Positions 1-10,380 of a DNA stretch of 24,921 nucleotides are shown piece after piece. This DNA comes from Octopus sinensis. Taxonomy: Eukaryota. The notes under the pieces are model-generated. The model saw nothing but the letters and a program-made list of their open reading frames with translations. It ran no database searches and was not told the DNA's origin. Location of the stretch: assembly GCF_006345805.1 (NCBI RefSeq), contig NW_021836259.1, forward strand, positions 1 to 24,921, written 5' to 3'. The position numbers and the translations under genes were made by a program. Each line of letters begins with the position of its first letter. The stretch's first letter is position 1.

Positions 1-227
1 AAAGACTTAATCAATACATAAAATTTTAATAAAAAGTAAAAAAACCGCCACTACAATTGTTTCATGTCTTCAAATGACAATCTTCAGGTGGATTTCCGAT
101 TTTCAAATCAGTTTCAATTTATGAAACAATTGTAGTGGCGGTTTTTTTTACTTTTATTAAAATTTTATGTATTGATTAAGTCTTTCCTTGTTTGTTGCAA
201 AATAGTGGTTTTGTCTCTAATTAATAT

Positions 228-235
<8 letters not shown>
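1..235. mobile_element. Penelope-like element (pLTR) remnant in inverted arrangement
   Basis: 1-65 is the reverse complement of 121-185, differing only in two homopolymer lengths. A hammerhead motif spans the left arm and spacer on the minus strand. Inverted pLTRs and hammerheads are hallmarks of Penelope-like elements. Confidence 0.6.
48..91 (-). ncRNA. Minimal type I hammerhead ribozyme motif
   Basis: Minus strand: CCAC-CUGAAGA-U-UGUC(AUUUGAA)GACA-U-GAAA-CAAUUG-UA-GUGG. Stem I CCAC/GUGG, stem II UGUC/GACA, palindromic stem III ACAAUUGU, UA cleavage site. Confidence 0.7.
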
Positions 236-317
<82 letters not shown>

Positions 318-450
318 GTGTGTGTGTATGTATATATGTATATATATATATGTGTGTATGTATATATATATTATGTGTATGTAATATATATATATGTTGT
401 GTAGTATACATATATATGTGTATGTAATATATATATGTATATATATATAA
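225..450. repeat. (TA)n / (TG,TA) compound microsatellite
   Basis: Direct inspection. Confidence 0.95.
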
Positions 451-457
451 GTTAATC

Positions 458-526
458 CAAACAAGAAAACAAAAAGACAACAACGCAAGGATGTGGAACA
501 ATAAAGTATTATTGGACGCTCAGGAA

Positions 527-528
<2 letters not shown>
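458..528. mobile_element. Short interspersed repeat fragment, possibly Penelope-like
   Basis: acaacgcaaggatgtggaacaataaagtattattggacgctcaggaag resembles a recurrent octopus repeat; recognition from memory only. Confidence 0.3.
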
Positions 529-583
<55 letters not shown>

Positions 584-590
584 TGTGTGT
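529..590. repeat. (TG)n microsatellite
   Basis: Direct inspection. Confidence 0.95.
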
Positions 591-716
591 GTTCAAATTC
601 CGCCGTGGTCAACTTTGCTTTTCATTCTTCCAGGGGTCAATTGAATAAGTAATAGTTGAACACTGTGGTTGATGTTGTAGACTTAACTCCAGGCCTTGTG
701 CCAAAATTTGGAATCA
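591..716 (+). mobile_element. tRNA-derived SINE family A, 5'-truncated and diverged
   Basis: Starts at B-box gttcaaattccgcc; body aligns to the 6930-7160 copy; tail ggccttgtgccaaaatttg. Confidence 0.8.
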
Positions 717-861
717 GGTGTGGCTATGTGGTAAGAAGCTTACTTCCCAATTACATGCTTCCGTGTTCAGCCCCACTGCGTGGCACCTTAGTCAAGTGTC
801 TTTTTCGTGCAGCCTCGCGGGCCGACCAAAGCCTTGTGAGTAAATTTGGTAAACAGAAACG
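717..861 (+). mobile_element. tRNA-derived SINE family B, 5' part
   Basis: tggctatgtggtaag (A-box-like) ... gttcagcccc ... gccgaccaaagccttgtgag; reverse complement of the head of the 23587-24021 copy. Confidence 0.8.
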
Positions 862-923
862 CCGTATAAATATATTTTTAACTCACAGCATTTAATTTTT
901 AAAAATTCATAATTGGAATGAAT

Positions 924-1246
924 GGATCTTTTCACTTTGACCGGCAGATTTTTAAATTTATTTCTTTGTAACTAAACACTTTTAAATTTCGTATACTGGT
1001 AGAATGTGTTTAAAAACATCTTTTTCTCTTGGCTTTATTGAGAAAATTCTATAGTTTGTAAGCTATTTGTTGTTTAATTTCATGCATTTCGGCAATTTCA
1101 ACGAATCAATGACGTCTATTGAGGTGAATTCAATTTCTGCCGTAGTGTGTCAACAACAATTATTTGCGGTGTCATATGAAATTTGAAAGTGTTTAGTTAC
1201 AAAGAAATTATTTTTAAAAATCTGCGCGGTCAAAGTGAAAAGATCC
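924..1246. mobile_element. MITE (non-autonomous DNA transposon) with ~67-bp TIRs and 8-bp TSD
   Basis: ggatcttttcactttgacc... (924-990) is inverted at 1178-1246; TSD gaatgaat at 916-923 and 1247-1254. Confidence 0.85.
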
Positions 1247-1544
1247 GAATGAATAAATAAATTGAATATTAAGTATTTATGGATTTAATTTAATTTAATT
1301 TTGGCCAATACAGTATTTCGTCGTCTCCTAAATTCACCATACGGCATTTTAGAAGCAGAAACAATAGCCAAACCTCCGTTATATCTCACTTCGCTTATAT
1401 CAAAAGAAATGGAAAAACATTGGATAATTAGGGTATTACTGACCATAATAACCCGACGGGGAAAAAGAAAAACGACGTGGGGAGTTGCATTGTTGCATAC
1501 GGAGATGAGGAAAGAGGTTAGAAAGTGTAAAGACGACTGCGATG

Positions 1545-1690
1545 GGTGCTGACGATGCTGATGGTGATGATGATGATGATGACGATGTTGATGATGAGGG
1601 TTGTGATAGGGCTGCTGCTGGTGGTGGTGGTGGTGGTGGTGGTGGTGGTGGTGACGACGACGACGATGATGATGATGATGGTGAGTATGA
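1545..1690. repeat. (GAT/GGT/GAC)n trinucleotide tract
   Basis: Direct inspection. Confidence 0.9.
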
Positions 1691-1751
1691 GCTTTTATAA
1701 GTCTACTTAAACAGAGCGGAACTAGAAAGATCATCGATAACAAGATGAATG

Positions 1752-2030
1752 TCACCACACATCATCATCATCGTTATTGTCTTCATGTCGTTGTCCTCGT
1801 CGTCACCACCAGCACCACCACCACCATCACCATCACCACCACCACCACCTCCATCACCACCATCATCATCACCATCACCACCAACATCCTCATCATCACC
1901 ACTACCATCATCGTCACCACCACTACCACCACCATCACTACCACACCATCATCACCACCCTCATCATCACCACCCTCATCATCACCACCACCACACATCA
2001 TCACCGTCATCGTATCGTCGTCATCGTTAC
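1752..2030. repeat. (CAT/CAC)n trinucleotide tract
   Basis: Direct inspection; source of spurious Pro/His/Thr-rich ORFs. Confidence 0.9.
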
Positions 2031-2329
2031 GCTTTCCGCCTCCTTCCTCATTCCCATGTACAACAGAGATCCTTATCTCACACACATCTCACCTCCATCC
2101 CACCCCACCCCCACACTCAATACCCGATTCCTCCTCTTCTCGCCTCTTAAACAACAATTCCCCTTCCCCTGCTTCTTTTCTCCGTCTTCAATCCGGGCTC
2201 CACCATCCCTTCCTTTCCATTCCCCCACCCCAACCCCTATAATCACTGCCACCTTTACCCTCTTCCTTCCTTCTACTCAATCCCCCCCCCGCTACCTTCA
2301 CCACACTCTCTCATAACATTGCCAAAAAG

Positions 2330-2432
2330 AACGCGCGCGCGCGTGTGGACAAACACCCACACGAGTGACGCTCACAAACACACGACACACACGTTCACAC
2401 AAACATATGCATCTAGTAAACACGCACACTTG

Positions 2433-2499
<67 letters not shown>

Positions 2500-2760
2500 C
2501 ATACACACACACGCATGCTTGAAAGTCAACACGTGAACACGTACAGAAGTCACACTCACGCACTCACATACACTCAGTGAAGCGCGCGAAAATTCAAGTC
2601 ACACTAAACGCACACGCCCTCTTGCGCTCTAACACACAGACGCCAACTCACGCATACATGAACACAGTACGTATCTACCTACACACGCACACAAGTACAT
2701 ACACACAAATGCACACACAAACACACACACACACACACACACACACATATCATATGCACA
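2330..2760. repeat. (CA)n/(TA)n degenerate microsatellite block
   Basis: Direct inspection. Confidence 0.9.
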
Positions 2761-2851
2761 TAGTCAAGATCCTTAGTAGTAACTAATTATGCTAAAAGTA
2801 GCAGCCAAATACCCCACAATTCAGTCCCTAATATCTAACAATAGTAATCCC

Positions 2852-3045
2852 TTTTACTAAAGGTACAGGGCCTTAAATTGTCGGAGAAGGGGTTAATCGA
2901 TTATATCGATTCTATTACGTAATTGGTACTTATTCAATTGACCCCGAAAGGATGAAAAGCAAAGTCGCCTTCGGCGGAATTTGAACTCGGAGCGTTAAGA
3001 CGGACGAAATGCTGCGAAGCTAACAATTTTGTCAATTCACCGTCT
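2852..3045 (-). mobile_element. SINE family A, diverged
   Basis: gaccccgaaaggatgaaaagcaaagtcg..cggcggaatttgaactc is the reverse complement of the family A core and B box. Confidence 0.85.
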
Positions 3046-3112
3046 ATGGCATAGCGGTTTAGAGCGCGGGCTACTAACCCCAATATTTCCGAGTTCGATT
3101 CCAAGCAGTGAC

Positions 3113-3252
3113 ATTAATAATAATAATATAATAATAATAATGATAATAATAATAATAATAATAAAATAATAATAATAAGAATAATAATAATGATAATAAT
3201 AATAACAATAACAACAACAACAACAACAACCAACAACAACAACCAACAATAC

Positions 3253-3283
<31 letters not shown>
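3113..3283. repeat. (AAT/AAC)n microsatellite
   Basis: Direct inspection. Confidence 0.95.
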
Positions 3284-3289
3284 TGTGCA

Positions 3290-3838
3290 TGCCCTGATGC
3301 AGTACCAGGCAGTGGCTCTCATGGCTTCTGATCTTAACTGATTGGAAGTGTTATCATGTACATTGTTTTGTCTTGGTATAAAAGATGGGCTCAGCAAATA
3401 TTCTGCTCAATACCACAGATTTGCTTGTCAGTTGTTTGACCTTAACCAGTTGAGCATGTCCTTAGTGGCTGACGATATGTGCATCTCTGATCACGAGCAG
3501 AAGTAGTGGGGGAGCATCATAGCCATGTGTTGAGAGGGATTCTTTGGGGTTTGAATAATTCACCTCTGGAAACTGGGTGGTTCTTTCAACATCCTTAAAC
3601 AACCCTATTCAGGGACCTTTTGAGCGGGATGGGCTACTCAAATGAAGAAAGAAAATTCTAACTGGGCCCCACCTGCAAGGTCATGTGCTGTTTATCTTGA
3701 TATGAGATCACCATGTCGCGCACATATGGTTGTGATGCAGGTGCTGGTGTACCTTTATCAGACGGGTAGTCATGATGGGTATATTGGGCTTCGTAATTTA
3801 CCCCGTGTCACTTTGATGGCATGAATGCTCTCTCACTC
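3290..3838. mobile_element. ~550-bp non-coding interspersed element embedded in (TAA)n, copy 1
   Basis: Colinear, high-identity match to 3934-4489; same ends tgccctgatgcagtacc ... ctctctcactc; (AAT)n on both sides. Confidence 0.8.
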
Positions 3839-3878
3839 AATAATAATAATAATGATAATAATAATAATAATAATAATA

Positions 3879-3919
<41 letters not shown>

Positions 3920-3933
3920 GTAATAGTAATAAT

Positions 3934-4489
3934 TGCCCTGATGCAGTACCAGGCAGTGACTCTCAAGGCTTCTGATCTTAACTGACTGGAAGTGTTATCA
4001 TGTACATTGTTTTGTCTTGGTATAAAAGATGGGCTACAGCAAATATTCTGCTCAATACCACAGATTTGCTTGGCAGTGTTTGACCTTAACCATTGAGCAT
4101 GTCCCTTAGTATCTGACGATATGTGCATCTCTGATCACGAGCAGAAGTAGTGGGGGAGCATCATAGCCATGTGTTGAGAGGGATTCTTTGGGGTTTTGAA
4201 ATAATTCACCTCTGGAAACATGGGTGATTCTTTCAACATCCTTAAACACCCTTATTCAGGGACCTTTTGAGCGGGATGGGCTACTCAACCTGAAGAAATT
4301 TCTAACTGGGCCCCACCCGCAAGGTCATGTGCTGTTTATCTTGATATGAGATCACCATGTCGCGCACATATGGTTGTGATGCATGTGCCTGGTGTACCCT
4401 TATCAGACGGGTAGTCATGATGGGTATATTGGGCTTCGTATATTTTACCCCCCAGTGTCACTTTGATGGCATGAACTGCTCTCTCACTC
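3934..4489. mobile_element. ~550-bp (TAA)n-embedded element, copy 2 (tandem)
   Basis: Direct repeat of 3290-3838, separated from it by (AAT)n at 3839-3933; an extra terminal remnant tctcactc lies at 4561-4568. Confidence 0.8.
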
Positions 4490-4520
<31 letters not shown>

Positions 4521-4590
4521 TATAATAATAATAATAATAATAATAATATAATACAATATATCTCACTCAATAATAATAATAATAATAACA

Positions 4591-4760
4591 TTGAAAATAC
4601 TTAGGAATGAAAACCCAGTTCGAAATTTCCCCAAGACACCTGAAGAAGGCTGGAGAGTATATCAGCCGAAATATTGTGTTAACAACAAACAAGATGAAGG
4701 CAATAATCCGTCAAATGTAACCATGTACATAATTACTCATCTCTTTAATATAGAACTGTA
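4591..4760 (+). mobile_element. Penelope-like pLTR remnant
   Basis: Contains the ctgaagaaggctg...cagccgaaa hammerhead signature typical of Penelope-like element pLTRs. Confidence 0.55.
4635..4680 (+). ncRNA. Minimal type I hammerhead ribozyme motif
   Basis: GACAC-CUGAAGA-A-GGCUG(GAGAGUAUAU)CAGCC-GAAA-UA-UU-GUGUU. Stem I GACAC/GUGUU, stem II GGCUG/CAGCC, stem III reduced to palindrome AAUAUU. Confidence 0.6.
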
Positions 4761-4763
4761 TTA

Positions 4764-4820
<57 letters not shown>

Positions 4821-4834
4821 ATAGTAATAATGAT

Positions 4835-6650
4835 TTAGTTGCCACCAGAGCGAACGATGAGGAGGAAATACAAAGACAGACATAAAGTGATACAGGAGGA
4901 CATCCAGGGTTAATCGAGGAACCTCACCATCCAAGATTTCTCTCAATACCAAGGACAAGTACTCTCTCCAACTCTTTTCCTCCGACTCACATGTCTACAC
5001 TTAGAGCACTCTTGCCATTTCCGCAACTTTCCCCGAATTTTGAATGCATTTACTCGAAACTAGTACTTGCCCCTTCACCCTCACTTTCTCCATGTGGCTC
5101 TATCAAAGAGGGATGTCTCTATCCTGATTCCTTTCAGCCTCTTTCGCCGCAGCCACCAGGCAAAGGCAAAGTCCCTTGCCTTCCCAATTAAAAGAGGGTT
5201 GTAAGGCAATCATCATGGACTTGGATCTATCCTACACGCGGCAACAGCTGTTCGCTATAACTCCACGATTCAACAATGCCCGGAAACGGAACGAGTGCAA
5301 GCAGAACAGTTTCGTCGCTTTGCGAACACCTCGGACAAGCCTGTCTGACAGCACATCCATGCCTGTAATCGTTAGCATTGGATATCTGGAAATTTGCGCA
5401 CAGTAGTCCCCGACCGGAAGGTCCTCCGAAACCAGACTAGCCAGTTCGTTTTCTTCGACGGCCAGGGTCTCTCCGAGGACGTCGTTCGACTTTTCCGCCA
5501 CCAATCTTCTATATATTACTAAAGTAGAACAGGACCGTGAGCATCTGCCAGGCTGCCAGTCTCGGTTTATCCTTCACCAAGGGCTGCAGCCCTTTCAAAG
5601 AGACGAACTGCGGAAAGACGTGCCTCACAAACTGAGTCCACACACGTTCAACATCTAGAAATCGTTGCTTAAGGCGGCACGCAGAGGGAGCTGACAGTAG
5701 ACTGACCACCTGACCATTGGAATACGTCCCTTCCACAAGAAAGTAAACGAAACCTTCCAAACTAATCAAGCAGTAACTGGGGCAACGACGGTCAGGCGAT
5801 AAATGATGACGGACGCGATGTATGCATTCGCTACCTCTGCTCCACCTTTCAGGGACAGTTTCCTCTCTGTCCATTTCTAGATAAGACTGGCCACTCTGTT
5901 AGTCACCTCGTCCTAGTGCTTATCCTAGAGGTGACAACGGGTAATCCAAAAGAACCGAGCGTGTGATAATATACGGTTCCGATAGATGGCCGTTTACTTT
6001 GACCACCGAGCATGTACCACTGTACAATTCACAGGGGCATCTGCTCAGTAGTCAAAGTTTTGCATCGATCCAGCTTCTGAAAACGGGTCCGAAACCGGCC
6101 GCTTTAAGGGCGGCTTTGAAGTAGCGATGGTCGTCCCTATCGAATGCTTTAGATTGATCTAAATTGATCAGGGCTCCAATGAAGCCAGCTTTAGTTCTAG
6201 CTGTTTCTACGATGTATTGCATAAGGTGAAGGTTGTCGTAGATAGACCCGTTCGGGATTGCGCACGTTTGTGCTTTCCCGACCAAACGACCAACGACAAA
6301 CGTCAACCTTTTTGTTAATACCATGGCCAAAATTTTTAACTCTGTGTTTAGCAGAACGATGGGCCGAAAATTCCCTAGCACCACCCCATTGTCAGCGTCC
6401 TTCTTCAGCAGAGTTACCACACCCCCACTAACAGCACTATGTATTCTCCCGTTCTCCTGCCAGTTATGGTAGAAGTCTGCCAAGAGGCTACCAAACAAAT
6501 CTAGCATGAATACATAGAATTCGTAGTACAGACCATCCAAACTAGGTGATTTACGAGTTGTGCAGTGGTTCATTGTCTCCTGTATTTCAGAGGCCGTTAA
6601 ACGGATTTTCACAGTACTTCGCGTCCGCTCTTTCGTTGTTCGGGTGAGGG
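4835..6650 (-). mobile_element. L1-clade (Tx1-like) non-LTR retrotransposon, degenerate ORF2 and 3' region
   Basis: RT motifs KSPSLDG, NFRPIVLLNTELKIL, LDQSKAFDR, VKVNGHLSEP..RSV..PLSP; post-RT KWTERKLSLKG..FLWKGR; C-terminal CPRC..ET zinc-knuckle remnant; frameshifts and stops. Confidence 0.9.
5905..6645 (-). pseudogene. Reverse transcriptase remnant of Tx1-like ORF2 (includes ORF 6052-6612)
   Basis: N-terminal RT motifs are recognisable; sequence after the PLSPL motif jumps to DEVTNRVASL, so the YADD-containing part is deleted. Confidence 0.85.
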
Positions 6651-6654
6651 TGTT

Positions 6655-7600
6655 GTTGAAGTGCAGAACACTTCATCTTGATTTTGTGTTTGTGGTGTTT
6701 GTAGTGTTGGCAGCAGTTGGAATTTTGCTTTGTTTGAGGGCAGAAAGCTTTTAAGTAACTTTTTGGCTTTCAATCCTCTACTGTCACTGACAGGCGTGTG
6801 CCATTCGAGAGGTCTATTAAGTCACGTAGTTCGTCAGTATAGGTTTGGTTACATTGTATAATCAGTCCCATACTTACACCTGATCAATTTTGCTAGGTAT
6901 TTTCTTCACCTCCAAAATAGTCACCTCTAGGCGGCGAGCTGGCAGAAACGTTAGCACAACCGGGCGAAATGCGTAGCCGTTTTCGTCTGCCGTTACGTTC
7001 TGAGTTCAAATTCCGCCGAGGTCGACTTTGCCTTTCAATCCTTTCGGGGTCGAAATAAATAGTACCAGTTACGATATAATCGATATAATCGACTTAATTC
7101 GTTTGGCTGTCCTTGTTTGTCCCCTCTGTGTTTAGCCCCTTGTGGGTAGTAAAAAAAAAAGTTACCTCTTCCTCTACACCCGCCAAGATGGCCACCGCCA
7201 ACCATGTGATGGTTTATCAACCTATCTTTAAAAAGGCTATAGCTGGGAATTAAGAAGAATTTTCTTACTCATTGTCGTCGTGGAACGAAACCTGGCTTCT
7301 TCTTCTTTAATCCCCAATCTCACTTCATTTGTACCCAACTTCTTTCCTCGAGTGATGTGATCTTGTGTTTCCAGATGCACCTAATCCATTTTTGAATTTG
7401 GGCACCAGAAACTTATTTCACCGGTGCGATTTTACTCCCGTGCAATAAATAGTATGTAAACGTGTATCTCAAAATGTCTTCAATTCTCTTTTCCCATTTT
7501 CTTTTTACAATTCCTCGGGCCAATTTTCAATTCTTCTTTGTCTGTGGGGAAATCTTCCAGATTTCTTGTAGCATTCGCAAAAGGTCTCCCATCTGGCATC
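6655..7600 (-). pseudogene. Probable degenerate ORF1 (gag-like) of the same Tx1-like element, interrupted by a SINE
   Basis: Same strand, directly upstream of ORF2; protein-like broken frames (PFANATRNLEDFPTDKEELKIGP, HITRGKKLGTNEVRL..EEEAR, LIPSY, EVTILEV, DLIDLSNGTRLSVTVE). The assignment is inference; no search was run. Confidence 0.45.
6930..7160 (+). mobile_element. SINE family A, full length with TSD
   Basis: Head ggcggcgagctggcagaaacgttagc (A box), B box gttcaaattcc (7004-7014), A-rich tail; TSD gtcacctct (6920-6928) / gttacctct (7161-7169). Confidence 0.92.
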
Positions 7601-7604
7601 TTTT

Positions 7605-9324
7605 GTCATTACTGTAGCTATTTTAGCGGCGTCGATGGCGGCGGTGTGGTCATGACTGTAGCTATTTTAGCGGCGTCGATGGCGGCGGTGTTGGTCATTA
7701 CTGTAGCTATTTTAGCGGCGTCGATGGCGGCGGTGGTCATGACTGTAGCTATTTTAGCGGCGTCGATGGCGGCGGTGTGGTCATGACTGTAGCTATTTTA
7801 GCGGCGTCGATGGCGGCGGTGTGGTCATTACTGTAGCTATTTTAGTGGCGTCGATGGCGGCGTGTGGTCATGACTGTAGCTATTTTAGTGGCGTCGATGG
7901 CGCGGTGTGGTCATGACTGTAGCTATTTTAGTGGCGTCGATGGCGGCGGTGTGGTCATGACTGTAGCTATTTTAGCGGCGTCGATGGCGGCGGTGTGGTC
8001 ATGACTGTAGCTATTTTAGCGGCGTCGATGGCGGCGGTGTGGTCATGACTGTAGCTATTTTAAGCGGCGTCGATGGCGGCGGTGTGGTCATGACTGTAGC
8101 TATTTTAGCGGCGTCGATGGCGGCGGTGTGGTCATGACTGTAGCTATTTTAGCGGCGTCGATGGCGGCGGTGTGGTCATGACTGTAGCTATTTTAGCGGC
8201 GTCGATGGCGGCGGTGTGGTCATGACTGTAGCTATTTTAGCGGCGTCGATGGCGGCGGTGTGGTCATGACTGTAGCTATTTTAGCGGCGTCGATGGCGGC
8301 GGTGTGGTCATGACTGTAGCTATTTTAGCGGCGTCGATGGCGGCGGTGTGGTCATGACTGTAGCTATTTTAGCGGCGTCGATGGCGGCGGTGTGGTCATG
8401 ACTGTAGCTATTTTAGCGGCGTCGATGGCGGCGGTGTGGTCATGACTGTAGCTATTTTAGCGGCGTCGATGGCGGCGGTGTGGTCATGACTGTAGCTATT
8501 TTAGCGGCGTCGATGGCGGCGGTGTGGTCATGACTGTAGCTATTTTAGCGGCGTCGATGGCGGCGGTGTGGTCATGACTGTAGCTATTTTAGCGGCGTCG
8601 ATCGATGGCGCGTGTGGTCATGACTGTAGCTATTTTAGCGGCGTCGATGGCGGCGGTGTGGTCATGACTGTAGCTATTTTAGCGGCGTCGATGGCGGCGG
8701 TGTGGTCATGACTGTAGCTATTTTAGCGGCGTCGATGGCGGCGGTGTGGTCATGACTGTAGCTATTTTAGCGGCGTCGATGGCGGCGGTGTGGTCATGAC
8801 TGTAGCTATTTTAGCGGCGTCGATGGCGGCGGTGTGGTCATGACTATGACTGTAGCTATTTTAGCGGCGTCGATGGCGGCGGTGTGGTCATGACTGTAGC
8901 TATTTTAGCGGCGTCGATGGCGGCGGTGTGGTCATGACTGTAGCTATTTTAGCGGCGTCGATGCGGCGGTGTGGTCATGACTGTAGCTATTTTAGCGGCG
9001 TCGATGGCGGCGGTGTGGTCATGACTGTAGCTATTTTAGCGGCGTCGATGGCGGCGTGTGGTCATGACTGTAGCTATTTTAGCGGCGTCGATGGCGGCGG
9101 TGTGGTCATGACTGTAGCTATTTTAGCGGCGTCGATGGCGGCGGTGTGGTCATGACTGTAGCTATTTTAGAGCGGCGTCGATGGCGGCGGTTGGTCATGA
9201 CTGTAGCTATTTTAGCGGCGTCGATGGCGGCGGTGTGGTCATGACTGTAGCTATTTTACGCGGCGTGGGGGCGGTGTGGTCATGACTGTAGCTATTTTAG
9301 TGGCGTCGATGGCGGCGGTGTGGT
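7605..9324. repeat. 44-bp minisatellite, about 39 copies
   Basis: Unit gtggtcatgactgtagctattttagcggcgtcgatggcggcggt; period checked (tatttt at 8101 and 8145); no spacers. Confidence 0.97.
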
Positions 9325-9415
9325 AGTGAAGTCGGGTTTTTCTTTCAAAATTGTCTTTGTTTATCATTCCATCATTAGGCTTTATTTCTTTATTATCCGT
9401 GTTGTTGGCACTATT

Positions 9416-9745
<330 letters not shown>

Positions 9746-9976
9746 AAGGTGTTGTTGTTGAAATGCAGCTTTACTGAATTGTCAAATGTCTTGACGCTGC
9801 TAAGGCACAAAAATGTGTTTGCGTCACTATTTATTTTCGTTGGCGTGGCGGTGACGTCATTTACTGTAATCAACGCTACGCCAGTATTCTCATTGTTTTC
9901 GGACAAGGATCGCGTCCTATTGTGTCCCGTCATCGAATATTATGATTAGTTCTTTGTCAACCATGTTTCAAGATAA

Positions 9977-10380
9977 GGATCTTTTCGGTTTGAACGGCAG
10001 TTTTTTCTAGCGGTGTCATATGAAATTGTCACCCATATTATGACCCTAGGATCGATCTATTGCATTTCAATCTGTTTTTAGAGTTAGGGTTAGGGGTGGG
10101 GGGAAGGGTAATCTTTTTTCTTCACAAATGTAAATAAACCTAATCTGTTTCTTTAAACGAGGGACATATTCATACGGCACAGAATGTTTTCACCTCAATA
10201 GACGTCATTGATTGGTTGAAATTGCAAAAATTGAAGAAAAAAACAACAAATATCTTACAAACTATAGAATTTTCTTAATAAAGCCAAGAGAAAAATATGT
10301 TTTATAAACACATTCTACCAGTATACGAAGTTTAAAAGTGTTTAGTTACGTGGAAATTATTTTACAAACCGAAAAGATCC
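9977..10380. mobile_element. MITE of the GGATCTTTTC family, perfect 16-bp TIR
   Basis: ggatcttttcggtttg / caaaccgaaaagatcc; flanks caagataa (9969-9976) and caagatat (10381-10388); internal segment is the reverse complement of the interior of 924-1246. Confidence 0.85.

Noticed and set aside
1745-2316. Extensin-like, His-rich and Thr-rich ORFs
   Set aside because: All frames are open because of CAC/CAT repeats; no splice or domain support
3290-3838. Hammerhead or HDV ribozyme within the 550-bp element
   Set aside because: CUGAnGA-like words occur, but no properly spaced stem II/GAAA or HDV pseudoknot could be built by eye
6052-6612. Functional reverse transcriptase gene
   Set aside because: Starts at a non-ATG codon, is truncated, lacks YADD, and flanking frames are broken
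6930-7020. tRNA gene
   Set aside because: A/B boxes are present, but the sequence continues into a SINE body and tail with no complete cloverleaf; the same applies to other SINE heads
7605-9324. CRISPR array or repeat-protein gene
   Set aside because: Units are contiguous with no unique spacers, there are no cas genes, the context is eukaryotic, and the 44-bp period cycles through stop-containing frames
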